DNA of 41,462 nucleotides from Candidatus Falkowbacteria bacterium RIFOXYC2_FULL_36_12 (lineage in GTDB: Bacteria; Patescibacteriota; Patescibacteriia; UBA11705). Below, in pieces: positions 1-10,657 of this stretch. Location: NCBI GenBank assembly GCA_001778235.1, contig MFGJ01000007.1, forward strand, positions 31,116 through 72,577, given 5' to 3'. Numbering within the stretch: the first letter of the stretch is position 1; each line of letters begins with the position of its first letter. Under the pieces are notes generated by a model. That model worked only from the letters and a program-made list of their open reading frames with translations. It searched no databases and was not told where the DNA came from. The translations under genes and the position numbers were made by a program.

Positions 1-1047
<1,047 letters not shown>

Positions 1048-1108
1048 TTATTTCAATACTTTTCAGTAAAATTGTATCTATATATTATAATTATATTTAT
1101 TATAAAAA

Positions 1109-2062
1109 TTATTTATTTTCCAAAGCGGCTTTGCCTGAACTGATTTCAGCGATCTCCTGTGTAATGGCTGACTGTCTAGCTTGGTTGAAAACCAAGGTTA
1201 ACCCGTCTATCATGTCGGTGGCGGCATCACTGGCATTTCTCATAGACATCATGCGAGCACTGTGTTCTGATGCGTCTGACTCCAAAACTGCTTGATAAAT
1301 CTGAACTTCTAACAGTCTTGGCATTAATTTTTCCAAAACAGCCCTTGGATTTGGTTCAAAAATATATTCAAAATTCATGTCACCTTTTTTCAAATATTTT
1401 TCTTTTTTCTCTGAAATAAATTCTTTTGTCATCTCAATCCCAGCACTTTTTCCCACAATGCCTAAATATTCTTCTGGATTTGGATCAATTGGTAAAAGTT
1501 GCTTTACCCTGGCTTGCTGTTTTACAGCTGAAACATAATCGGTATAGGCAACCATAACTTTGTCGTATTTTTTCTCGGTATAATCTTTTATTATCATGTG
1601 GACCATACTAGAAACCTCGGCTGCACTGGTTGTGACATCTTGTTTGATAAAATCAGCTGTTACTGTCTGGTCCTCATTTAAAAGCAAATCTCTGGCTCTG
1701 GTTCCCAAAGTAATTATATCGGTTTTTTTGATATTTTTTTCATGCTTTCTTATGGAATTCATGGCTTTCTGCACCACAGCATTATTAAAGCCTCCACACA
1801 AACCACGATTTGAACTAATTACAATTAATGCAACATTTGTTACTGTTCGCTTTTGAAGTAGTGGATGATGAACAGTATCGGTTTTCTCTGATAAATGTAA
1901 AATCGTGGTCCAAGCTAAATTGGCATAATCTCGAGTAGCCAAAACATTCTCAACTGCTTTTCTCATCTTAGCAGCAGAGACCATTTCCATCGCCTTGGTA
2001 ATCTTGTGAGTATTACCAACGGATTTGATTCTTCTTTTTAATTCTCTTGTTCCAAGCGACAT
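1109..2062 (-). CDS. atpG: ATP synthase F1 gamma subunit
   Basis: KITKAMEMVSAAK, RGLCGGFN, SEHSARM, RQSAITQEIAEI motifs. Confidence 0.97.
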   Translation of the reverse strand: MSLGTRELKRRIKSVGNTHKITKAMEMVSAAKMRKAVENVLATRDYANLAWTTILHLSEKTDTVHHPLLQKRTVTNVALIVISSNRGLCGGFNNAVVQKAMNSIRKHEKNIKKTDIITLGTRARDLLLNEDQTVTADFIKQDVTTSAAEVSSMVHMIIKDYTEKKYDKVMVAYTDYVSAVKQQARVKQLLPIDPNPEEYLGIVGKSAGIEMTKEFISEKKEKYLKKGDMNFEYIFEPNPRAVLEKLMPRLLEVQIYQAVLESDASEHSARMMSMRNASDAATDMIDGLTLVFNQARQSAITQEIAEISSGKAALENK

Positions 2063-2065
2063 AGC

Positions 2066-2094
2066 TTGACAAATTTAATAATTTATTATAATAT
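2066..2094 (+). promoter_or_regulatory. Sigma70-type promoter of orphan cassette
   Basis: TTGACA (2066-2071), 17 bp, TAATAT (2089-2094). Confidence 0.6.
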
Positions 2095-2170
2095 ATTGGT
2101 TGTAACCGTGCGCCAACCCCTGAAGTATTTATCTCTCATGATAAAACTTCTGGGCAAGGGAGGACTAGTA

Positions 2171-2449
2171 ATGAGCGACAAGGTACGAGATGCATGCAGA
2201 TTCTGTCGTCCTTGTGATCATTTTGACGCTTATCATGGATTTGACTGTACATTGATTGCTGGAAATTCTGAACGATGCTGTGAATTTGGTGCTTGTACAA
2301 AAGCAAGAATTTCTGGCAAGCCTGTAAATCTGATGACGGCAACTTATGCGACGGTTGAAATGTGTGATGGCAATGTTACTGACATTTCCCGAAGGGGTCC
2401 TGATTTTATTGGTCGAATGGCTCAAATTGAGGTAATGCCTCCGCGATAA
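2171..2449 (+). CDS. Cys-rich orphan protein (92 aa), antisense inside the atp operon
   Basis: ATG 2171 preceded by GGGAGG; CRFCRPC...C...CC...C; upstream promoter and downstream hairpin with T-run. Confidence 0.6.
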   Translation: MSDKVRDACRFCRPCDHFDAYHGFDCTLIAGNSERCCEFGACTKARISGKPVNLMTATYATVEMCDGNVTDISRRGPDFIGRMAQIEVMPPR

Positions 2450-2477
2450 CTATTAGAAAACTTCTAGTAGTTTTTTT
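2449..2477 (+). terminator. Intrinsic terminator-like hairpin
   Basis: ACTATTAGAA-AAC-TTCTAGTAGT followed by a T-run. Confidence 0.55.
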
Positions 2478-2479
2478 AT

Positions 2480-4054
2480 TTAATTTGTTTTATCCTCGGC
2501 TTTTTCATCCTTGGCAATCATAAATTCTGGGTTGGCAGATTTAAATTCCTCAAGAACTGATTTTAATAGCTTCTCAATTTCTTCGGTTAATTCTTTTTCA
2601 GTTTCGATTTTCAGTAGCAGATCTTTGGCATTGGCATTTAGATATTTATGCAAAGCTGATTCAAAATCTTGAACTTTAACAATCTCAACATCATCTAAAT
2701 AACCATTAATTACTGCATATATAATAATGACTTGATTGGCTACAGGTACTGGTTCATAAATACCTTGTTTCAATATTTCAGTAATACGAGCACCGCGTGT
2801 AAGTTGTTTCTGGGTTTCTTCATCTAAATCAGAACCAAACTGCGCAAAAGCGGCTAATTCTCTGTATTGAGCTAACTCAAGTCTTAATTTCCCAGCAACT
2901 TTTTTCATGGCTTTTATTTGGGCTGATGATCCAACACGAGAAACTGACAAACCAGCATTTACAGCCGGACGAATACCCTGATAAAACAAATCATTTTCCA
3001 AATAAATTTGTCCATCTGTAATAGAAATTACATTGGTTGGAATGTAGGCAGAAACATCACCGGCCTGCGTCTCAATAATCGGTAAAGCAGTAAGAGAACC
3101 TCCACCATATTCATCGTTAAGCTTGCAAGCTCTCTCTAGTAATCGTGAATGCAAGTAGAAAATATCCCCAGGATAAGCTTCACGACCTGGTGGTCGACGC
3201 AATAAAAGAGAGACTTCTCTATAGGCGACCGCGTGTTTACTCAAATCATCATATATTACCAAAACATCTTTTCCCTGCTCCATAAAATATTCACCCATAG
3301 CAACTCCAGCGTAAGGAGCAATAAAGCTCAATGATGCTGGATCTGAAGCGCCGGCAAGTACAACTGTAGTATATTCCATGGCTCCATGTTCTTCTAATTT
3401 ATTTACAATACGAGCGATTTTTGATTCTTTTTGACCAATTGCAACATAGATACAAATCATGTCTTGTCCTTTTTGGTTTATGATAGTATCAATCGCAATT
3501 GCGGTCTTACCTGTTTGACGATCACCAATGATTAATTCGCGTTGACCTCGTCCAATTGGGATCATGGAATCAATAGCTTTTATTCCGGTCTGAACTGGCT
3601 GGTGAACAGATTTTCGAGTAATAACACCTGGCGCAATTTTTTCCACTGGATTAAATTTTGTGGTTTTTATTTCACCTTTACCATCTTTTGGGAAGCCCAA
3701 TGGATCAACAACTCGGCCGATCAAAGCCTCACCAACTGGAACCTCAAGAATTCTACCTGTGCTTTTGACTTCATCGCCTTCTTTTATCTTCAAATAATCA
3801 CCCAAAATCATTGCACCAACAAAATCTTCTTCCAAGTTCAGCACAACGCCAAAAACATTGTTACCAAAATCAATCATTTCTGATGCCTTGGCATTACTCA
3901 AACCAGATATCTTAGCAATACCATCTCCAACCTCAACCACTCGTCCAACATGATCAACAGAAACTTGTTGCTGAAAATTTTCTATCTGCTGTCTAAGAGC
4001 ATCAATAATATAATCCTTGTTTATTACTTTTTCATTTAGTTTTTTTCCTGACAT
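2480..4054 (-). CDS. atpA: ATP synthase F1 alpha subunit
   Basis: [41 protein letters not shown]. Confidence 0.98.
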   Translation of the reverse strand: MSGKKLNEKVINKDYIIDALRQQIENFQQQVSVDHVGRVVEVGDGIAKISGLSNAKASEMIDFGNNVFGVVLNLEEDFVGAMILGDYLKIKEGDEVKSTGRILEVPVGEALIGRVVDPLGFPKDGKGEIKTTKFNPVEKIAPGVITRKSVHQPVQTGIKAIDSMIPIGRGQRELIIGDRQTGKTAIAIDTIINQKGQDMICIYVAIGQKESKIARIVNKLEEHGAMEYTTVVLAGASDPASLSFIAPYAGVAMGEYFMEQGKDVLVIYDDLSKHAVAYREVSLLLRRPPGREAYPGDIFYLHSRLLERACKLNDEYGGGSLTALPIIETQAGDVSAYIPTNVISITDGQIYLENDLFYQGIRPAVNAGLSVSRVGSSAQIKAMKKVAGKLRLELAQYRELAAFAQFGSDLDEETQKQLTRGARITEILKQGIYEPVPVANQVIIIYAVINGYLDDVEIVKVQDFESALHKYLNANAKDLLLKIETEKELTEEIEKLLKSVLEEFKSANPEFMIAKDEKAEDKTN

Positions 4055-4066
4055 AAGTATAAAAAT

Positions 4067-4603
4067 TTATAGATTAGAAATTTTCGACTGCAATCTACTG
4101 ATTTTGCCAATGACAGACGAGTCAACGACCTTGTCACCAAGTTGCAAACGCAAACCACCAATCAAATGTTTATTAATTATATTTTTTACAATTATCTGCT
4201 GTTCAAGTTTAATTGAAAAAAGTTGTTTCAAAGTTTTTTCTTGCTTGGCGGTCAGAGGGACTACACTCTCAACATTTAGTTCGAAAATTGAATCCTCATC
4301 AAGATTGTTTTTTCTAGCTTCAGCAATAATTGAATCCAAAGTCAGAAGAGCTTTTGACTTCAATAATAAAAATATAAAATTATAAGTCATCTCACTGATA
4401 AAATCCTGGAAAACTACTTTCAGAGCTTTCTTTTTATCAGTAAAACTGATGTGCGGATTGGTCAAGTACTGTTTCAATTCCAGGTTAGCATTCAATTTTT
4501 CGCTGACATCTGTCAAATCTGCAAGCAACTGTTCGAGAATCCCCTTTTCACGACCAAGCCTTGTCAATGCCTTGGCAAAATGTTTTTTATTAATCTTTTT
4601 CAT
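4067..4603 (-). CDS. atpH: ATP synthase delta subunit
   Basis: Position between atpF and atpA; C-terminal LIGGLRLQLGDKVVDSS. Confidence 0.93.
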   Translation of the reverse strand: MKKINKKHFAKALTRLGREKGILEQLLADLTDVSEKLNANLELKQYLTNPHISFTDKKKALKVVFQDFISEMTYNFIFLLLKSKALLTLDSIIAEARKNNLDEDSIFELNVESVVPLTAKQEKTLKQLFSIKLEQQIIVKNIINKHLIGGLRLQLGDKVVDSSVIGKISRLQSKISNL

Positions 4604-4612
4604 GACAATTTA

Positions 4613-5125
4613 TTATTTTAGTTCAGTTTTTTCTAGGTCAAGCAAAACTTGATCTATTAACTTTTCTTGTTGTTTGTCTGTCATAGTATCAGCAGTTAAT
4701 TTACCTGATGCCAATAGAACCAATTCACCTAATTCTGATTTTACTTCCTTAATCATTTTTGCTCGTTCACTAGTTATTTCATTTTTTGCAGAGATAACAA
4801 TTTTTTCAGCTTCTAATTTTGTTTTGGCAAGTTTCTCCTGGCGAACAAGCTCTGCGTCTTTTTCTGATTGTCCAATGATTAATTGAGCCTGCTTTCGGCC
4901 TTCGGCGATTGCTTTTTTCTTTTCCTGCTCTGACTTCGACAGATTTTCTTCAATCAATTCAGCATTTTTCAAGCCATCATCAATTTTCTTACTACGATCT
5001 ACCATCAGCTTCATTAGTGGTCTTAGCCCAAAATAATACAAGACAGAAAAGACAATAATAAAATTGATTCCTTGGGCAATAAGTAATTTCCAATCAATGT
5101 GAAAAGTTTTAATTAATTCGTCCAT
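4613..5125 (-). CDS. atpF: ATP synthase Fo subunit b
   Basis: N-terminal TM helix (AQGINFIIVF) then charged coiled coil; operon position. Confidence 0.95.
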   Translation of the reverse strand: MDELIKTFHIDWKLLIAQGINFIIVFSVLYYFGLRPLMKLMVDRSKKIDDGLKNAELIEENLSKSEQEKKKAIAEGRKQAQLIIGQSEKDAELVRQEKLAKTKLEAEKIVISAKNEITSERAKMIKEVKSELGELVLLASGKLTADTMTDKQQEKLIDQVLLDLEKTELK

Positions 5126-5138
5126 ATATTATGAAATG

Positions 5139-5211
5139 AAGCGAGGTCAGCGAGTACAGCGAGTAAAGCTTATAAATTAACTCTTTACTTGCTGTAGTCT
5201 GTACTTGCTGT
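5139..5211. repeat. Hairpin built of ~9-nt tandem units (AGCGAGTAC-like) and their inverse (GTACTTGCT)
   Basis: agcgaggtc agcgagtac agcgagtaa agc ... ttacttgct gtagtct gtacttgctg; related copies at 5635, 31828, 33510. Confidence 0.7.
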
Positions 5212-5263
5212 TTTAATTTTCTATTTCTCCCCCACTAATTATTAATGAGGGAACAGCAAAAAA

Positions 5264-5509
<246 letters not shown>

Positions 5510-5634
5510 CTACAAATAAAACTGATGAATTCGCACATTTGTAAACTATTTACAATTCGTAATTTTACAAGTTAATTACTGTCGACTTTGAATGAATTTA
5601 TTTATAGTCGGTTTAACTTGATTTCAAGTGAATA

Positions 5635-5704
5635 AAGCGAGTACAGCGAGTACAGTAAATACAGTACCTGTACTTACCTCGCTTTACTTGCTTTAATCGC
5701 TGTT
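5635..5704. repeat. Second 9-nt-unit inverted repeat
   Basis: aagcgagtac agcgagtac agtaaatac ... gtacttacctcgct ttacttgct ttaatcgct, abutting the atpB stop. Confidence 0.7.
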
Positions 5705-6595
5705 TTAATGTTCTTCTGCTGTACCAGCGATGGTGTAATAAACTAGTGTCAACATACCAAAAATCAAGGCTTGGATAATCCCAACAATAACTTCCAAAAA
5801 CATAAATGGAATTGGTAGCCCAAAAGCAAAAATCACCGCAATCGAACTTAGCAAAACCTCACCAGCAAAAATATTACCGAACAGACGAAAACTTAAGGAA
5901 GCAACTTTGGCAATTTCACCAATTATTTCTACGAGCCCAACAAAAGCTTTGATCGGATTGACAAGAATTATAGCTGGTTCTTTTCTGATTTTCTTCGGTA
6001 TTTCAATCAGTGCATTGAAGTTTATAAATTTGTTGGTGTGTTTCCAAAAACCGACGGTGAACATGCCAAAAATATTTGCGCCAATAACAGAGATCAGGGC
6101 TAATGCCAAAGTAGTATTCAAATCAGCAGTTCCACCTCGAAAATATGGGATAAAAGTATCATTTTCAATAAAACCAATAGAACCTATCCCCGGCAATAGA
6201 CCAAGCCAATTATTCAATAATATAAAAATAAAAAAAGTGAACACAATCGGGAACACTTTCTCTGATTTTTTTCGATCATTGGTAACTGAATCACAAAGGT
6301 TTAGAGCCCCTTCAATCACCATTTCAAAAACATTTTGTAATCCTCTGGGAACTTGTTTTAATTTTAATCTTAGTACAACTGAAAAAATCAAGACTATCAG
6401 AACCACTAACCAGGTATTTAACAAAGAATTTGTTATATTAAAGCTTCCAATAGTGTATATCGGTTCAGCTGACAAGGAAATCTCATGCTCAAACTGTTCC
6501 CCACTTTGTTCAGTGTGGGCTTGAATCTCTCCAGTACGAGTTTCCACTGGTATTTCAATAGAATTATCCAGTTCATTACTAATCACTTGTGACAT
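5705..6595 (-). CDS. atpB: ATP synthase Fo subunit a
   Basis: TADLNTT, SLSFRLFGNIFAGE, IQALIF motifs. Confidence 0.97.
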   Translation of the reverse strand: MSQVISNELDNSIEIPVETRTGEIQAHTEQSGEQFEHEISLSAEPIYTIGSFNITNSLLNTWLVVLIVLIFSVVLRLKLKQVPRGLQNVFEMVIEGALNLCDSVTNDRKKSEKVFPIVFTFFIFILLNNWLGLLPGIGSIGFIENDTFIPYFRGGTADLNTTLALALISVIGANIFGMFTVGFWKHTNKFINFNALIEIPKKIRKEPAIILVNPIKAFVGLVEIIGEIAKVASLSFRLFGNIFAGEVLLSSIAVIFAFGLPIPFMFLEVIVGIIQALIFGMLTLVYYTIAGTAEEH

Positions 6596-6615
6596 AATAT
6601 GTGAAGCTGAAATTT

Positions 6616-6885
6616 TTATTTTTTATTCTTTTCAGTTTTTTTTGAATTTGATGAGATTTCATTCATGGCTTGGATTGACTTTTTTACAACAGCAATATTG
6701 GTAATGATAAAAGCAATTCCAATTGAAATTAGGAATATCCATGGTGATTTATTATATCTTTCATCAAGCCAATCCCCAACAAAAACTGCCACAATAATCG
6801 GTCCAGCGACCCAAGCTGTTAATTCACCAAATAACTTCATGGCTGGTTGCCACCATTTTTTTTCATTATTTTCGTTGTTCATCAA
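6616..6885 (-). CDS. AtpZ/AtpI-family membrane protein
   Basis: Two TM helices with GDWLDERY...PW; first gene of the atp operon. Confidence 0.85.
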   Translation of the reverse strand: MMNNENNEKKWWQPAMKLFGELTAWVAGPIIVAVFVGDWLDERYNKSPWIFLISIGIAFIITNIAVVKKSIQAMNEISSNSKKTEKNKK

Positions 6886-6928
6886 ATTTTCAAAATATAA
6901 TCACCTTTTATAAAAGGCTTTCGCCTAT

Positions 6929-6957
6929 ATTCTACTGAAAATAAATGCTTGTGTCAA
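6929..6957 (-). promoter_or_regulatory. atp operon promoter
   Basis: Minus strand TTGACA (6957-6952), 17 bp, TAGAAT (6934-6929). Confidence 0.7.
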
Positions 6958-7048
6958 TAAACCATGTTGATAAACACCAGTTTTTGACAAATAAACCAAA
7001 AAATGACTAAAAATAGTCATCTCTGTATATCTTTTTTTATATGAAAAA

Positions 7049-7891
7049 TTAAAAAACTAAATTAAACAGCTGTTTGGCATTTTTTACTGTCAAATCTGCG
7101 GCTGCATCAAAATTAATTTGACGAATTTCAGCAATCTTCTGAACAACATATTCAACATAGATTGGCTCATTTCTTTTGCCCCGATAAGGCTCTGGTGTTA
7201 AATATGGACAATCTGTCTCGGCTAATATTCGATCTAGAGGCATCTGGGAAATAATATTTTTTGTAGTCCCTGTTTTGTCAAAAGTTATAACACCGGTAAA
7301 ACCAAGGTAAAAGCCTAATTCCAAAAACTGCTTGGCTATTTCCCAATCTGATCCAAAACAATGAATCACTCCCCTTTTTTTCGGCAGATTCTTTTTCAAT
7401 TCACTCAAAATATCTTTGTAGGCATCTTTGGGATTGTCTTTGCTCCCGCGACAATGAAGTATCAATGGAAGCTTATTTTGGTTGGCTAAATCTATTTGGG
7501 AGTGTAAGGCTTTTTTCTGTTTTTCTTTTATTGAATAAATATCTCGAGTAACATCAACATGGTAATAATCCAGTCCACACTCTCCGATTGCGATGACTTT
7601 TTTTTCTTGAGCTAAAATATTAAATGCAGAGTGATCAAATTCTTCAGCTTTGGCGTGAAATTTTACATCATCTTCCTCGACAATAAAATCTTCGAGGTGC
7701 ACAGGATGAAGACCGATTGAAGCATAAGTTTTTTTGAAGTCTGCGGTCATATCAACCGCTCTTTTGCTGGTACTAAATTGTGAGCCAACATTTATAATAG
7801 CAACCTGATGTTTTTCAGCCCTGGCCATTACTTGCTGAAAATCTGATTTAAAATCATTGAAATTTACATGAGCATGAGTATCGATTAACAT
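7049..7891 (-). CDS. tatD: TatD-family nuclease
   Basis: IDTHAH, GLHP, IGECGLDY, GVIHCF, ETDCPYL. Confidence 0.95.
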   Translation of the reverse strand: MLIDTHAHVNFNDFKSDFQQVMARAEKHQVAIINVGSQFSTSKRAVDMTADFKKTYASIGLHPVHLEDFIVEEDDVKFHAKAEEFDHSAFNILAQEKKVIAIGECGLDYYHVDVTRDIYSIKEKQKKALHSQIDLANQNKLPLILHCRGSKDNPKDAYKDILSELKKNLPKKRGVIHCFGSDWEIAKQFLELGFYLGFTGVITFDKTGTTKNIISQMPLDRILAETDCPYLTPEPYRGKRNEPIYVEYVVQKIAEIRQINFDAAADLTVKNAKQLFNLVF

Positions 7892-7912
7892 AAAGAATCA
7901 TTATTTCACATT

Positions 7913-8410
7913 TTATAAAATACTTTTCAAGGCTTTCAAGGCTTCGGGAAGAAGAGGTAAGAAAATGTAGGAAATCATAAGTAATAATGGCGTAATTAAT
8001 GAATCTGCCATTTGGGAAATCAACCAATCATTGAGCGGATATTTACTTAGGAAATAAATAACAACGGATAAAACCAGAATGCCTTGGACAATCCCAAGAA
8101 CTGAACCAAGAAGTCTCTCAAAAGTTTTGAGAAAAGGAATAATTGCAATTATTTCAAAAACCTTGCCAAATCCCCAGAATAATAAGCTCATTATTTTCAA
8201 TATAAGCGAGAAAATCAGCAGAAAAGCAAAAAAATTGGATAAATTGTTTCCGCCCAGAAATGAGCCCAACAGAAGATAATATTTGCCGGCCAGTACCACG
8301 GCCACAACTAAACCTACCATACTGCCAACAACCTGGAGAAAACCCTGCTTAAAACCCCAAATAGCAAAAATCAAAATAACTCCGATTAGGATATAATCTA
8401 GAATGATCAT
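7913..8410 (-). CDS. cvpA: CvpA (colicin V production) family membrane protein
   Basis: LDYI...GFKQGF, ERLLGSVLGIVQG pattern. Confidence 0.85.
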   Translation of the reverse strand: MIILDYILIGVILIFAIWGFKQGFLQVVGSMVGLVVAVVLAGKYYLLLGSFLGGNNLSNFFAFLLIFSLILKIMSLLFWGFGKVFEIIAIIPFLKTFERLLGSVLGIVQGILVLSVVIYFLSKYPLNDWLISQMADSLITPLLLMISYIFLPLLPEALKALKSIL

Positions 8411-8436
8411 ATTTTTATTTTTATATTTTTATTTTT

Positions 8437-8814
8437 CTAATTTTTTTTACAAATATCGGCTATAGCCTGTAATACTTGCTCCAGCTCATTATATACTTGA
8501 TCGTTTCTAACTCTAAATACATTAATTTGTAGACTCTCCAAATAATCGGTTCGAATTCCGTCATAATAAACTGCCTTATCTGAATAATGCGATGGTCCAT
8601 CAACTTCAATTACCAATCTAGATTCAGGACAATAAAAATCAACAATGTAACGACCAATACTATGCTGTCGTCTAAACTTAATACCACAAAGTTGTTTGCC
8701 TTTAATTCTACTCCATAGCATGACTTCAGCTGAAGTCATGCTATTTCTTAGCTTCCTACGAAGTGGTAATAACTTTCTTTTATTGTGAATTTGTCCCATG
8801 TGTGATTTCCTCAT
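8437..8814 (-). CDS. DUF559 / Vsr-like endonuclease domain protein
   Basis: LRNSMTSAEVMLW, KFRRQHSIGRYIVDFYC, IEVDGPSH. Confidence 0.9.
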   Translation of the reverse strand: MRKSHMGQIHNKRKLLPLRRKLRNSMTSAEVMLWSRIKGKQLCGIKFRRQHSIGRYIVDFYCPESRLVIEVDGPSHYSDKAVYYDGIRTDYLESLQINVFRVRNDQVYNELEQVLQAIADICKKN

Positions 8815-8820
8815 TGTATA

Positions 8821-8888
8821 ACCACCCCAGAGAAAGGATGCTAATATTCCCCTCCTTTTAGGACAAGGAGGGGATAAGAGAGGTGGTA
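8821..8888. repeat. GC-rich REP-like palindrome upstream of DUF559 gene
   Basis: TCCCCTCCTT-N-AAGGAGGGGA nested within ACCACC...GGTGGT. Confidence 0.65.
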
Positions 8889-8892
8889 ATTT

Positions 8893-10404
8893 TTATTTTC
8901 GCATGAACAAAGACTCACCTTTGTCTAATTTTGTGCCCTCTTTTACTAAACCAATTTCACGATAATTTTCTTCAACAGATTGAATATTCAATTTCTTCAA
9001 TATTTGGTCTGATGTTTCTGGGAGGTATGGAGAAATAGCATAAGCTAAATGTCGAACAATCTCAATCAAATTATATAACACTTGTGACAATTTGTCATTG
9101 TTATTTTTTGCCAGTTCCCATGGTTTTTCTGAATCAATATAATTATCACACCATGAAACCAATTGCTGAATTAATTGAATGTTATCGTAAAGTTTTAAAT
9201 CAGAAAAATTCTTATCATATGTTTGCCAAAAACTTTTTAGATCAAAATCTGCTGTATATTTTCCTGCAGGAACAGAGCTAGAAAAATATTTTTCCGCCAT
9301 ACCTAAAACGCGACTGACAAGATTACCCAAACCATTAGCCAAATCAGCATTGTATTTCTTGACGAATTCTTCCGCCTTTATATCTCCATCATTACCAAAA
9401 GGAAATTGGGAAATAATTAGATATCTTGCAGCGTCTGAACCATAGGTATCAACTAATTCATTTGGATCAATAACATTACCAATACTTTTACTCATTTTTT
9501 GTCCATCAATAGTAAAAAATCCATGGGCAAAACAAACTTTTGGCAAGGGTAAATCAAGCGCCATTAATAAAGCCGGCAAGATAATTGCATGGAACTTCAA
9601 AATATCTTTGGCTAAAAGCTGAACTTCTGCTGGCCAAAATTTCTGGAATTTCTCACTATTATCCTTTATACCAAGTGCAGAAAGATAATTGAGGAGAGCA
9701 TCAACCCAAACATATATTGTTTGGTCCTGGTCAAAAGGAACTTTTATCCCCCAGTCAACACTTGCTCGACTGATAGCAATATCTTGTAAACCGTCGTGAA
9801 TAAAGCTAAGAACTTCGTTTTTTCTTGATTCTGGTTCAACTTTAAATGCTCCTGATTCAATTATTTTTTTTAAATCAGTTTGAAAATCAGATAAACGGAA
9901 AAACCAATTTGCTTCTTTTAGATGGTTTAATTTTTGCTTTGGATGGTCAGGACATTTTCCGTCAACTAAATCGCTCTCTGTTTTGTAGGCTTCACAACCA
10001 GTACAGTACAACCCTTCATATTCTCCCTGATACAATACTGGCTGACCAGAAGGGCCTTTGGCGTCTTTTAACTTTAATAATATTTCGATAACAGCTTCCT
10101 CGTGTCTGAATTCTGTAGTCCGAATAAAATCATTGTTTGATATGTTTAATTTTTGCCAAGTTGCTTGAAACTGCGCAGAAACTTCATCGCTAAAATCTTG
10201 CGGTAATTTACCGGCTTTTTCAGCTGCTTGAGCTATTTTTACTCCATGTTCATCAGTGCCTGTTAACAGAAAAACATTGTCATCCCCTATCTGCTTGCGA
10301 TAATAACGAGCTAAGATGTCGGCGGCAATTGTGGTATAAGCATGACCGAGATGAGGTTTATCGTTGACATAATAAATCGGAGTTGTGATGTAGAATTTGT
10401 TCAT
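8893..10404 (-). CDS. metG: Methionine--tRNA ligase (short form)
   Basis: YYVNDKPHLGHAY (HIGH), KMSKS, CTGC...CPDH knuckle. Confidence 0.97.
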   Translation of the reverse strand: MNKFYITTPIYYVNDKPHLGHAYTTIAADILARYYRKQIGDDNVFLLTGTDEHGVKIAQAAEKAGKLPQDFSDEVSAQFQATWQKLNISNNDFIRTTEFRHEEAVIEILLKLKDAKGPSGQPVLYQGEYEGLYCTGCEAYKTESDLVDGKCPDHPKQKLNHLKEANWFFRLSDFQTDLKKIIESGAFKVEPESRKNEVLSFIHDGLQDIAISRASVDWGIKVPFDQDQTIYVWVDALLNYLSALGIKDNSEKFQKFWPAEVQLLAKDILKFHAIILPALLMALDLPLPKVCFAHGFFTIDGQKMSKSIGNVIDPNELVDTYGSDAARYLIISQFPFGNDGDIKAEEFVKKYNADLANGLGNLVSRVLGMAEKYFSSSVPAGKYTADFDLKSFWQTYDKNFSDLKLYDNIQLIQQLVSWCDNYIDSEKPWELAKNNNDKLSQVLYNLIEIVRHLAYAISPYLPETSDQILKKLNIQSVEENYREIGLVKEGTKLDKGESLFMRK

Positions 10405-10591
10405 AGGTTATTAATTACGGATAATGTTCGTATGTTTTTTAAGCTTTTCAAATTTATTTTTTTTGGGTGAATGGTAGCCTTCCGTAAGCGGCATAGGCTG
10501 TTGAATGGAGGGTAATTAAAGGGGGTGAATTGCCCGAAATCCAAGGCACTTTATTGTAATATTAACATTTTTATATTGAAAATACAAACAA

Positions 10592-10620
10592 TTGATTTTT
10601 ATAGTTTGTTTTGGTATATT
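10592..10620 (+). promoter_or_regulatory. Promoter of alaS-HD unit
   Basis: TTGATT, 17 bp, TGn-TATATT. Confidence 0.5.
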
Positions 10621-10657
10621 ATTAACACAATCTTATTTTAAATTGTAAAAAAATATT

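Noticed and set aside
10411-10550. RiPP precursor peptide for the radical SAM cluster (27- and 31-codon minus-strand ORFs)
   Set aside because: No SD, no leader/core pattern, and not part of either island transcription unit.
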